64,000 nucleotides of DNA, from NCBI GenBank assembly GCA_002104905.1, contig MCFE01000102.1, forward strand, positions 1 to 64,000, given 5' to 3'. The stretch is from Basidiobolus meristosporus CBS 931.73 (lineage: Eukaryota > Fungi > Basidiobolomycota). This document shows, in pieces, positions 47,580 to 59,376 of this stretch. A program made the translations under genes and the position numbers. Position 1 is the first letter of the stretch; every line of letters starts with the position of its first letter. The notes beneath the pieces are model-generated. The model saw nothing but the letters and a program-made list of their open reading frames with translations. It did not search any database and had not been told where the DNA came from.

Positions 47580-49452
47580 ATGGACACTTCACTCAACTCA
47601 CCCAGAAGGTAGCGACTAGCTCGTGTTCTACAGAGTCCTTCAACTTATCCTCTTTGTATATCCTACAGACATTCAGTAAAAATCACATATGGAAAACGCA
47701 AGCAAGAGCCGGACTTCAGAACAGCTACTAATAGGTAGAGATGAGCACCACATATCCTTATTTTTCCTTTGGATTGCATCGACTGACTGGCCGAATTTTC
47801 AAATTTCTTTCACCGCGTTCCCCAGCTTCCCGTTCAACACAACCGGCGTAACAACCCCCACGCCTCCGACTGATCGTTTACGACTGTTCAGAACTGAGAG
47901 TAGCAAAAAGAAGACTGGTCCTCGGAGAAAACTGGACAAAGCCCCACCCGAGGAATCTGTATCGAATCTAAATGAAGCTTCTGCCTCCCCTCCACCCAAG
48001 AAGACTCCCGGGAAACGTGGTAGAAAACGCCGAGCAGAGACTTCCCCAGACATAAATCCAACCAACAACACCCCGAAAAAACTGAAGATACCCGACCAAA
48101 GCACCCCGCGTAAGCGTGGAAGACCACGGAAAATCGTACCCCCGAAGCACTCCGACTCGGAAGTGGAGTTTCAGGGAGAAAACGTGGAGTTCTCGTCGGT
48201 CAGAAAATCCCATCGGTTCAAATCCTCTGACAGACACTTCCAAACGGACTCCCCCTTAAGCCCCTCGCTCGGTGCCCTGGTTGTGTGTAGCGTGGAAATC
48301 CCCACCAAGAATGCACCACCGGACAACCCGGATACGGAAAAGTCACCACAGAGATCCCAGTCTAATGACGATGTGAAAGGGCAGGAGCCCAGGGAGAAGA
48401 GCATCACTGACGATCAGGTGATAGTGCCTGATGACCAAGCCAAACAGGACCTGGCCCTTTCGTTGGCTGGAAAGGCGATGGGACCCACGACATGTGAGGA
48501 GTGTGGCTTTTCCTTTAACCTCGACGACAATACCAACGATGCTTCTCATGAGACATTCCACAAAGCTGTATTGCACGGAATCGAATACCCGGTAAGCCAC
48601 CTATTTTGACGAGCCCGCCGGCTGTATAGTAATCTTCAATGCTGTCGTCAGGGATACAAACATGACCAGGTTGTGGAGTTCTTCGCTGACCAAGGTGACT
48701 CTATCCTGGTGGTGACGAAGCAGTCGGGGGTCAGAGAGCGTAAAAAGGTAATCATCAATGGAGTGGATGTAGATGCTCCAATCACCTAACCATTACAACA
48801 TAGGTCAAAGAGATCGTCCACTACATCAATACCTATTTAGGTTCGACTGACCTGGATGATTCCCGCCTCGAAGAATGCAAGGTATCTTCGGACCGGTTGG
48901 ATTCGGTAGTTGGGCAGGAGTACTGACCGGTTACTGTATAGATCTATATTTATGTTCGTAACAAGAAGGTGATTGGCTGTGTGGTAGCTGAGCCAATCGA
49001 TAGAGCGTACCGTTTGCGCTTAAGCTCAGTTAAGCAAAATGACGAGAGTTTACCGAAAAACACAGACAAGGAGGAATCGGCGTCGGATAAGGAAGTCGTG
49101 GCCACAGTGCCTGAGGTGAGCGAAACGCCGATTGAGCCCCCCACAACGCATCTTAGGTACGCAGCGCTTGCACGTATCGGACACCTGACCGACTTTAGCT
49201 AACTTGGCTATGTGTTCTAGCGACATGCCCGTCTCTGCGATTTGCGGTGTTCATAGGATGTGGGTCTGTTCCACGCAACGTCATCAAGGAATCGCATCAC
49301 GGCTATTGGATGCGGTGTGCAAGAATTTCCTATACGGCTGTCCCTTAAAACGGGAGGAGCTCGCCTTCTCCCAACCCACACCTTCCGGTAAGGGATTCGC
49401 ACAAACTTACACCAACACCTCCGAGTACCTGGTGTATGTGGAGAAAGCTTAG
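47580..49452 (+). CDS. ECO1: Cohesin acetyltransferase Eco1/ESCO (about 7 exons, ATG at 47580)
   Basis: C2H2-type finger CEECG...H...H, KVIGCVVAEPI and GVHRMWV...RHQGIASRLLD...LAFSQPTPSGKGFA. In-phase GT-AG introns; long basic N-terminal region. Confidence 0.92.
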
Positions 49453-50698
49453 CCCCGAGGGAAATCGCTGTAAATACGTGGATGAATTCTAGATTTTTCA
49501 TGGGCAGTTTTGATCCCCGGAGGGAAGGGTTTTGGCTCGGTGATATGTATGTCTTGGCCATTCTATTAAAGAATGGTTGCGGTTTTGGCGACCCTATCCT
49601 GCTTTTGATTCTTTGGCGCTCGTGCATTGAGAATCCAAATGTTGCAATATGCTTGGATCTATACTTAAAACCACTTTTCAGTTGTTCAGTACAATAAATG
49701 AAATCCAATTCCTATGGTGTATCCAGATCAATGGGTGTTTCTGGTGAATTTTGCCACTGTTTTGTGCAGAACTGGCCAAAGCCTAATACTGTAGCAGGAG
49801 TTGTTATAAAATGCTCACTGTGATGGTGTAAAAATTTATGCAAGTAATAGCTTAATTGAGGATTATCATGTGTTGTCTTGCTCAGCAAGATAGTCAAGAT
49901 TTGTGGATTCATATATGCTAATTTTTAAGGGTTGTAAGTTTGGTGAGGATTCATACAAACCACCATCAATCATTCTTGCCTTGGATTTAGGGTGAGTAAT
50001 ACAACGCACCTGAATTGATTCTGACATTGTTGAGGCTTCGAGGATAACATGTACGCAGGGTTAAGTATTTTAAATTTTCAAGCGTTGAATTCGACATTCT
50101 CCCAGGGGAATAAAGAAACAATGTAACAGGATAAGCTTATCTGAAACATTGTTGGTTACTATATTGATTGCTGCTGACCGTTTCGTGTTTGTTCTATTGA
50201 GGCATTGCGTACCCAGCAATATATCCGTGGACACAGTTCTGTTGGTGTCGTTTGAAGACTCAATTGACTACCCTGAGGTGATTCAAGGGCCATCATCAAT
50301 GAACATTCACATATTTACCAAAAAGTAAATCTATGTGAAACAAATGGTTGCTCTTTAGTCTGGTTTATTTGCTTGGAATGATGAAGGGTGGGATGGTTGG
50401 TTACAATGGCCCAAGCACGCTCCAACCCAGAGAAAGGGCGAAGCGTACATGCCCACCACTTGCCATCTCGTATAAGGCGTGTTAGCTCGGCAAAAGGAAT
50501 TAATAACGGTATCTGTACAGGGTTATCGATGCTTGGATGGAGAATAGAATAGGGTGCATACTGATCATGCTCAACCAAGGTAAATCGAAGTGAAGTGAAG
50601 TGAATTGAAATAAAGCGGTGGCGTGAAGTGTGATGTAGTGTGGTGAGGTGAGGTGTGCGGTGGTTGTTATTTAGGTAGGAGTAAAGTCTATCGAATCA

Positions 50699-50730
<32 letters not shown>

Positions 50731-50735
50731 CCCCT

Positions 50736-52277
50736 CTATTTCTTGTCAGAGTTCTCGATCTCTTCGCAGATCTGCTCCAATGACTTGCCCTTTGTCTCAG
50801 GAATCCAGAAGGTACTCAAGAAACCGAGGAACATGATACCGGCAAAGATGCCAAGTGTTTGGGGAAGGAAGGCGTGCTCACCATCGGCTCCACCAAGCTC
50901 GACCAATTGGTTGAATCCGAAGGTGGCAATGATGGCCCCGAGCTTGCCGGAGGCAGCAGAGATACCGTGCGCAGTGGAGCGGAACCGGGTGGGGAACACC
51001 TCAGAGGGCAACACGAATGTGGTGGTGTTGGGTCCGAAGTTGAAGAAGAACTGCGCAAGAGTGAACAGCGCAATGAACAGAGCAACGGCGGTGTCGCGGA
51101 TCTTGTAGAATCCGCTCGAGAGGATGACAAAGATGATGGTCAGCATGATGAAGCCCATCAACTGGATCTTGATACGTCCCATGCGCTCAATGAGGAACAC
51201 GGTGAACCAGTATCCAGGCACTGTTCCCATCAGCGAGATGATCATGTTGCCAATGGCCTCAGTCCACATGGCGTCATATGCTGACATCCCCTTGGAGGAG
51301 TATCCGATTGCTTGCAGCACATAGGACTGGTTCAAGGAGAGTCCGTAGAAGGCGATATCAAGGAAGAACCAGGAGAGGGAGGTACCCAACAAGACCTTGA
51401 GGTTCTTCCACTTTCCAAAGTGCTGCGTGAAGGTCTCCTCGGGCTCAGTGCTCACTGGCTCAAGGTAGCCCACCTTCTCGTTCTCGTTATCGTTCTCGTT
51501 CTCTTTCTGCTCGGCAACCTCGATGTCCTTGTGGGACTCACCAAACACAGCATCCATATCTCTGGCGGCCTTCTCGACATCCTTCTTCACCTCCATGGTG
51601 TAACGGGGTGACTCGGGCATGTTCAAACGGAACCAGACAGTGAAGATCGCGGGAACACATCCGAATCCAAGCATCAGCCTCCACACATAGTCAAGGTTGG
51701 CCTGGTCTTCGCGGATCAGGTTTTGGAAACAGGCAAGCGCCATCACGGTGAACAAGGCGGCGACGAGGATTCCGATACCTTGCGAGGCGAACACTGCGGA
51801 GATCATCATACCACGGCGGCTAGTCGAGGCAAACTCCGAGGTGATGACTGCGCTCACCGGGTAGTCCCCGCCAATACCAATGCCAAGGATGAATCTCCAC
51901 AAGGCGAGCACCGCGATAACATTCACTCCCTTACCCCAGGACCCGGCAATGGCACAGCAGAATGTAGCAAAGATGATGATGATCAGTTCCGAGCCGTACA
52001 TCTTCTTGCGTCCGAGTTTGTCACTAAGATAACCAAAGAGAAGCTGTCCGATCAAGGTGCCGAAGGCGGTGGCCCCCTTCAATGGGCCCTCGAATTGCTT
52101 GGGGACCTTGTTGTTGTTGTCGGCGTAGTACACGTAACCCATCATTGGCACGGCCAGGTTGATGATGAAGATGTCATAGGCATCGGTGAAGAAACCGATA
52201 CCCGCGACAACGATGGCGCGCAAATGCCAACCGGTCAGTTTTGTTTCGTTGAGTGTGGCGAGTTGATCTCCTGGCAT
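50736..52277 (-). CDS. PHO84: High-affinity inorganic phosphate:H+ symporter (MFS, PHS family), copy 1
   Basis: GIGFFTDAYDIF, LGRKKMYG, GIGIGGDYPVSAVITSE, WFFLDIAFYG, FFNFGPNTTTF and RSTAHGISAASGKLGA. Confidence 0.95.
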   Translation of the reverse strand: MPGDQLATLNETKLTGWHLRAIVVAGIGFFTDAYDIFIINLAVPMMGYVYYADNNNKVPKQFEGPLKGATAFGTLIGQLLFGYLSDKLGRKKMYGSELIIIIFATFCCAIAGSWGKGVNVIAVLALWRFILGIGIGGDYPVSAVITSEFASTSRRGMMISAVFASQGIGILVAALFTVMALACFQNLIREDQANLDYVWRLMLGFGCVPAIFTVWFRLNMPESPRYTMEVKKDVEKAARDMDAVFGESHKDIEVAEQKENENDNENEKVGYLEPVSTEPEETFTQHFGKWKNLKVLLGTSLSWFFLDIAFYGLSLNQSYVLQAIGYSSKGMSAYDAMWTEAIGNMIISLMGTVPGYWFTVFLIERMGRIKIQLMGFIMLTIIFVILSSGFYKIRDTAVALFIALFTLAQFFFNFGPNTTTFVLPSEVFPTRFRSTAHGISAASGKLGAIIATFGFNQLVELGGADGEHAFLPQTLGIFAGIMFLGFLSTFWIPETKGKSLEQICEEIENSDKK

Positions 52278-53578
52278 CTTGAATAAAACGATCGGAAGAG
52301 AACGTTGTCAGCGAAGCTGTACTGACTCAGTATCCAGCGCTCAGCATTAAATACATTTGTTGCCATCGACTCGTTCAGCCAATCGAAGTGCCTTATAGCC
52401 CACGCTGTGCGAGCTCTCAAATTCATTGGGCATATTCACTAAAACGAAAATGGAAAGTTTTTGGTGTCACCTTAACCTAGATACAAGACTCGATCTTAAT
52501 CAGTCGCTAATGGCAAAGATTCACTGGACGAAGGCGATAAAATTCCATAAACATCTTGCATCCCCTCAAGCCTAGTAACCTCACTTAGTCATATATCGAT
52601 GGATACAGGTGGTGATTGGTCGAGTGATATTTTAACCTTAATCTTACCTGATTCTAGATACAACAGAGCACTCCCCTTGTTTCTGCCTTCCTCAAAGCCT
52701 CTGGTAGTTAAATTCGGCTTAAAAAAGGCAATTTGTCCTAGATGCAAAGGCTATCCGATCCAATGTTCTGTTACATCGACCAGTTTCTAATGGCCATACA
52801 ATCGCAGTTCTCCAACAACCATAACAGGTATATTAATTAAAGACTAGTGGTATGCATTAGGATGAGAAAGATAGCCAATGGATGGATGGGAAACGGTGGA
52901 TGCCAACTGTAGCCACCCCCATTGGCGGACTAAGGGACGTGAATTTTAAGCTTATTTTGTCTATTGGTGAGACAGAACCCTTCAAATTCGAGATGCAGCT
53001 TTCTGGAAACTCTGAAGATTGCAACAATCTTGTGACCATAGTCTAAAGGTAGGGTTAGGTAGATAAGTGATCGTGCCAATGAGTAAATAGGTTTGGCCTC
53101 ATGCTATTGAGGAACCTATCGATTGGTTACGTTGCCCATAACGTTTTCTCTCATTACGGTTTGAGGATACAGGAAAATCAAGTTGGGGCCGTGGCAAGAG
53201 AGGAAAAGCTTCCTAAGCTAGTATATTGCTTGGCAACGTGTGGGTGTTCTTTCTATATCTACCTAATGGATGATACAGAAGTGTTGATTCAGCAAAATCC
53301 ACCACACGTCAATTGGGGGGATTGACCGGAATAGAAATAAAACTCGGTTGAGCAGATAATAGCATCTTTGTGACAAGGTTTAGTGTTACAATACAATCAC
53401 TAATAAAAATAGATTATGCGTGAGTAAAAATTCTCTATTCTCCTATCATCAATCAGAAACAGGGAGTGTGTTGACTCGTAGACTTTGATTGGCTGAATGC
53501 TGCTTCCGACCTTAAATCCCTCTTATATATAATGTTCGCCTTGTGATTTGGATTCGATACTCAATCGTTACGACACAA

Positions 53579-55120
53579 ATGTCTGGAGATCAACTCGCCA
53601 CACTCAACGAAACAAAACTGACCGGTTGGCATTTGCGCGCCATCGTTGTCGCGGGTATCGGTTTCTTCACCGATGCCTATGACATCTTCATCATCAACCT
53701 GGCCGTGCCAATGATGGGTTACGTGTACTACGCCGACAACAACAACAAGGTCCCCAAGCAATTCGAGGGCCCATTGAAGGGGGCCACCGCCTTCGGCACC
53801 TTGATCGGACAGCTTCTCTTTGGTTATCTTAGTGACAAACTCGGACGCAAGAAGATGTACGGCTCGGAACTGATCATCATCATCTTTGCTACATTCTGCT
53901 GTGCCATTGCCGGGTCCTGGGGTAAGGGAGTGAATGTTATCGCGGTGCTCGCCTTGTGGAGATTCATCCTTGGCATTGGTATTGGCGGGGACTACCCGGT
54001 GAGCGCAGTCATCACCTCGGAGTTTGCCTCGACTAGCCGCCGTGGTATGATGATCTCCGCAGTGTTCGCCTCGCAAGGTATCGGAATCCTCGTCGCCGCC
54101 TTGTTCACCGTGATGGCGCTTGCCTGTTTCCAAAACCTGATCCGCGAAGACCAGGCCAACCTTGACTATGTGTGGAGACTGATGCTTGGATTCGGATGTG
54201 TCCCCGCGATCTTCACTGTCTGGTTCCGTTTGAACATGCCCGAGTCACCCCGTTACACCATGGAGGTGAAGAAGGATGTCGAGAAGGCTGCCAGAGATAT
54301 GGATGCTGTGTTTGGTGAGTCCCACAAGGACATCGAGGTTGCCGAGCAGAAAGAGAACGAGAACGATAACGAGAACGAGAAGGTGGGCTACCTTGAGCCA
54401 GTGAGCACTGAGCCCGAGGAGACCTTCACGCAGCACTTTGGAAAGTGGAAGAACCTCAAGGTCTTGTTGGGCACCTCCCTCTCCTGGTTCTTCCTTGATA
54501 TCGCCTTCTACGGACTCTCCTTGAACCAGTCCTATGTGCTGCAAGCAATCGGATACTCCTCCAAGGGGATGTCAGCATATGACGCCATGTGGACTGAGGC
54601 CATTGGCAACATGATCATCTCGCTGATGGGAACAGTGCCTGGATACTGGTTCACCGTGTTCCTCATTGAGCGCATGGGACGTATCAAGATCCAGTTGATG
54701 GGCTTCATCATGCTGACCATCATCTTTGTCATCCTCTCGAGCGGATTCTACAAGATCCGCGACACCGCCGTTGCTCTGTTCATTGCGCTGTTCACTCTTG
54801 CGCAGTTCTTCTTCAACTTCGGACCCAACACCACCACATTCGTGTTGCCCTCTGAGGTGTTCCCCACCCGGTTCCGCTCCACTGCGCACGGTATCTCTGC
54901 TGCCTCCGGCAAGCTCGGGGCCATCATTGCCACCTTCGGATTCAACCAATTGGTCGAGCTTGGTGGAGCCGATGGTGAGCACGCCTTCCTTCCCCAAACA
55001 CTTGGCATCTTTGCCGGCATCATGTTCCTCGGTTTCTTGAGTACCTTCTGGATTCCTGAGACCAAGGGCAAGTCATTGGAGCAGATCTGCGAAGAGATCG
55101 AGAACTCTGACAAGAAATAG
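53579..55120 (+). CDS. PHO84: High-affinity inorganic phosphate:H+ symporter, copy 2 (ATG at 53579)
   Basis: Protein identical to copy 1 except residue 2 (S vs P). Only about five synonymous differences seen. Confidence 0.95.
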   Translation: MSGDQLATLNETKLTGWHLRAIVVAGIGFFTDAYDIFIINLAVPMMGYVYYADNNNKVPKQFEGPLKGATAFGTLIGQLLFGYLSDKLGRKKMYGSELIIIIFATFCCAIAGSWGKGVNVIAVLALWRFILGIGIGGDYPVSAVITSEFASTSRRGMMISAVFASQGIGILVAALFTVMALACFQNLIREDQANLDYVWRLMLGFGCVPAIFTVWFRLNMPESPRYTMEVKKDVEKAARDMDAVFGESHKDIEVAEQKENENDNENEKVGYLEPVSTEPEETFTQHFGKWKNLKVLLGTSLSWFFLDIAFYGLSLNQSYVLQAIGYSSKGMSAYDAMWTEAIGNMIISLMGTVPGYWFTVFLIERMGRIKIQLMGFIMLTIIFVILSSGFYKIRDTAVALFIALFTLAQFFFNFGPNTTTFVLPSEVFPTRFRSTAHGISAASGKLGAIIATFGFNQLVELGGADGEHAFLPQTLGIFAGIMFLGFLSTFWIPETKGKSLEQICEEIENSDKK

Positions 55121-56899
55121 AGGGGGAGAGAGAGAGAGAGAGAGAGAGAGAAAGGTGATTCGATAGACTTTACTCCACTACCTAAATTACAACCACCACA
55201 CACCTCACCACACTACATCACACTTCACGCCACCGCTTTATTTCAATTCACTTCACTTCACTTCGATTTACCTTGGTTGAGCATGATCAGTATGCACCCT
55301 ATTCTATTCTCCATCCAAGCATCGATAACCCTGTACAGATACCGTTATTAATTCCTTTTGCCGAGCTAACACGCCTTATACGAGATGGCAAGTGGTGGGC
55401 ATGTACGCTTCGCCCTTTCTCTGGGTTGGAGCGTGCTTGGGCCATTGTAACCAACCATCCCACCCTTCATCATTCCAAGCAAATAAACCAGACTAAAGAA
55501 CAGCCATTTGTTTCACATATATTTGCCTTTCGGTCAATATGTGAATGTTCATTGATGATGGGGCTTGAATTGTTCTACTGCCAGAGATCTGGTATTCAAG
55601 CAACATTAACAGAGCAGGATACACGGCTAATTTTCAAGGACCAAATGACTAAAGAAGCTGATGATCCCAAGGGAAGAGGAATTGGCAGGCTGACATGCTC
55701 ATTCATCGCGGATAAGGTACAAAGCTAAACTCATCCTAGTCTCTTGATGCCTGTTAGTGTTACTCATGTCTCATGATTAGCACCGGTTTGGTCGAAAGGC
55801 ATATTCTGAAGATTTTTCAATGATTACATAGAATGAATGCATCTTTTCCTTGCGGTTCAATGTATGTTGCTTCATCATTATCAGTACCTTCCTTATCTAA
55901 TACAGAGGTGAATTCAGGGAGGCCGGAAAATTGGTAATAAACCGCTCAATTAAGCACAGTCAATACCGAGACAAACACCTAATCACCCATCGTTCTAGGC
56001 TCCCACTCTTCGGAAAATCACCGGTTACATCGCCGAGCATATTCCGGTGTTGGATCCCGATACTCACTTGCTAGTAAAAACATGGTTGGTACGAACCTGA
56101 TGATGGGCCGTTTTCCCGTGCATTCAGTATTCCCAAACTGATACGCCTCGGGCCTACTCATGTGTCATTACTGCTACCTAAGTATATTTGATGGTGTTGT
56201 TGAGAAAGGTGCAGAATCTTCATATTACGGTGTGGATTTCTGATCGAATCCAGCCAGAGTCTAGTCGCACCCTCAACAGAGTTTTGGAAATACTTCCTGC
56301 ACAGTCAAGTCACTCCTTTCACGGTGTCTCATTACATGTGACCATCCATCATTTGACTATTTGCAGGAATTCCATAAAGATGATTAGATGAGGCTGATTT
56401 GGTCAACTGATGGGATTCATATTTCAAGGAAATTGCTAGCCAGCCATGTGCTATTTCCCCGGTTAATTCAACAATCTTGAAACCTTATTGATCTCATCAT
56501 GGCTCAATTTAGTAATTGTCACTATCCGACTGCTTCATCGCCACTTGGAATCTGATGCACTAATCATAGGATAGTAAATTGTCCCAATGTCCCCAGTTTC
56601 AGGTACTAAGCTATTTACCTATAATGATCTCACAATACATATAATAACGTGTAGCCAGCTTGCCAACCATTCATACACCTTATGATTCTACTAAGCTTAT
56701 TGCCAGGTTATGAATTATTTTTGCAAGAGCTAGTTTGTAAGTACTGGATAATTATTTGAATAAGTGAGGACCTGAGAGTTATCCACATTCTAAAACTCAT
56801 CCAAAGGACCCCAATCTTTGTACACAGCTTCCAGAGGCATTCTCTGTTGTAGAAGCTTTGGAGATGTTGGTTTTGAATGACTGTGGCAGAACAAGCCCC

Positions 56900-57275
56900 T
56901 GAATATGTTAAGGAAGGTCCAAAAAGTATGTGTACAAGGCATAGGACTGTTTCAACAACCTTGAGATTTTTAATGCTCTGAGTATCAGATACTTTGATGA
57001 GAGTATTTGAAGTAAATCCCAACAATGGATTTGGCCAGACTTCTTGCAGATCTGAAGACTATAATCTAAGAGACCAAGCTAGGTGAATATTTAGGTTGAA
57101 TTATAAAATTCTCAACACTCCTGCTCAGCAAAATATTTCCATAAACTAGTGCCAGTTGTGATAAAAAATACTCAAGTTTGTTCCTAAGTAATGGCTTTGT
57201 GGATATGTCTGCAATCATTTCATTTGTAGGAGAGTAAGCAAAGCTAAGTAAGGTCTTCTCCATAGCTTCCCACAT
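56900..57275 (-). mobile_element. 3' remnant of a Copia element: RNase H end, polypurine tract (PPT) and partial 3' LTR (LTR starts at 57117)
   Basis: AYSPTNEMIADISTKPLLRNKLEYFLSQLAL, followed by GAGCAGGAG and TGTTGAG...TAAATATTCACCTAGC. Confidence 0.85.
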
Positions 57276-57307
57276 TAAATGGTATCTAATATCTCAATGT
57301 GCTGGTT

Positions 57308-57652
57308 TGTTGTAAGAGTTTTGGTGTTATTGGAAGTGATTGGAAAACAAGTAGAGTTTGTTGTTTTCACTTGATGACTTACTGAATGTAAAAGTGTACT
57401 TATACTTTGATATGGTATTGGCAAGTTAATGTGCTGAATATCTTGTGAAGGACCCCCAGAGCATGTGGGCAAAGTATGGGGCTGTTGGGACAACTTTGAG
57501 AAATTTCATGTTCTGGGTACTTAATGTGTTGGTGAGGATATTTCAAGTACATCCCAACAAGGAGTTTGCTCAGAACTCTTTATGACTTGTAGGTAATGAC
57601 TTCAGTGACTTAGCTAGGTCAATACTTTGGTGCAATTGCAAACTTTACAAAA
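57308..57652 (-). mobile_element. Solo Copia LTR
   Basis: TGTTGTAAGAG...TTTACAAAA, colinear with the reverse-complemented consensus. Confidence 0.8.
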
Positions 57653-57756
57653 AGGTCTAGCATGAAAAGTAGAACTTCTATCCAATTTTACATATCCTTA
57701 ATTATCTTAGCCCTATGAGAAACAGTAATAATGATCCTGTCAAAAGGCCATCACAC

Positions 57757-58089
57757 TGTTGTAAAAATTTGTAATTCCACTTTAATATACACCTAACTTA
57801 GTCACTTAGATCATTACCTTCAAATACTAGGAAATACTGACCAAATTCCTTGTTGGGATTTACTCAGAATATTTACCCAGAACATGAAAATTCTCAAAGT
57901 TGACCAAACAGCCCCAAACTTTGCACACATGTTCTTGGGGCCTTACTTAGCCTATTTGCTATGTTTGCTATGCCAATACCATGTAAAAGTATAAATGCTA
58001 CTTTTATATTCAATAAATCATCAAGTGTAAGCCACATAATCTACTTGTCCTCCCAAATCACTTCCAGTATCTCCAAGACTCTTAAAACA
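57757..58089 (+). mobile_element. Copia LTR (333 bp, 17-bp-deletion subtype)
   Basis: TGTTGTAAAA...CTTAAAACA. Shares ATATTT/ACCCAG (deletion junction) and GGGGCCTTACTTAGCC with the LTR at 59377. Confidence 0.88.
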
Positions 58090-58449
58090 CATATAACCTG
58101 AATACAATGAAAAGATGTATTGATGCCATAAGGACACCAAGCAAAACTGTTGGAAAAAAATTGTACTTTAGATTTCACAAATAACTTGGTCAAAACTCTT
58201 CATCATAGTAGTTCTTAAGTGGGTTCTGATAGGTTCTCTGCTGTTTCTCTCACTTTCTGATCCAAAACACTCTATCATCCTCTACATTTGCATACATTGA
58301 TTGGCTATTGCTTCTTTTTCATACTCCCTACCTACTGACTCTCCCAGTGCCCTCACTTCTGATGCATACAAATAGGCTTATTTCCATTGAGGGTTTGGAT
58401 GTTACTCAAAGTCATTGCAATTGATCCTTGCAAAATTTGAGTACATTTC

Positions 58450-58900
58450 CTTAAGCATGGCTCTGGAAGGCATGCTGCAACCTCTTAGTGTGCATATTGC
58501 TGTTCCACAACTCCACTGCAGGCATTGTGTGAATCTTCCAATTTATTGACATTGTTGCTTTGCATGCCAATGGGATCTCTACTCTATCTACCATGAAGGA
58601 TGGGGAGGCTTTGATAGACAAATTGCCATTCTCAACATGCTCTCCTACCTCAATGGAGTATAGCTCAACTAACAGGGCTTCTGACTTGTGCAAAGGCATC
58701 TGTTGTACTGTAGATGATTCCTCTTGGCCATTATGAGTTTCTGATTGCTCTAGGTTGACCAGGTTAATTGTTAAGAGCAGCAGATTGTTTGTCACACTTC
58801 TCTTTCTTTGACTTGGGTTAACCTTCTTTTCTTTCCCATTGCATTTACCACTACCAGATCCTTCAATACTACCTTGAATGAGTAGCTCTTATATTCTACT
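58450..58900 (-). repeat. Decayed unidentified repeat (family X), second copy
   Basis: Colinear similarity with 5650-6070 over several hundred bp. CpG-depleted, with interrupted ORF traces. Confidence 0.55.
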
Positions 58901-59376
58901 ATGCTTGATGAATGCTGTACTTATGCATCCATTTTTGTCTGCTTTTTCCTGACCAGCACCCCTTCCCACTGTTTATCATTTTGTTGCCTCTTGATTAAAG
59001 CTATCAACTCTACTTTTAGCAGGTTGTTGAAGAAGCCACTGGTTTTCAGCCAGGGTACCATGGTTTTACTGCTCTTGATAGCTTTTACTAATCAGGAGAT
59101 ATCTGTGTATCATACCAATGCAAGCCTAAAATCTGTGCCTTGGGTCATGTGTCATGGGTACCCACATGGGTACATGCCTAATGTAGATACATATATGTAT
59201 CACAATACTGAATAACATCTGGGACAACTAATACTAATAACTAATCAGGAATAACATCATATGGGGATAACAATAATAATGTGGGCAAACAAGAATGCAA
59301 TTATACTGATCAGATAAAATATGGATAAGTGCATCATAGTAGCTATATGGATAAACTTGTCTGTGGGAGATATGTT

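Larger units (their letters stand above)
50281..55570. repeat. ~2-kb inverted repeat (arms 50281-52277 and 53579-55570) around a unique 1.3-kb spacer
   Basis: Each arm includes the CDS, a (GA)13-14 microsatellite and ~450 bp of 3' flank. Homology stops abruptly at the start codon. Confidence 0.93.

Noticed and set aside
52278-53578. Pho4-type sites in the PHO84 spacer
   Set aside because: No CACGTG is present and only one AACGTG (53235). That is not distinguishable from chance.
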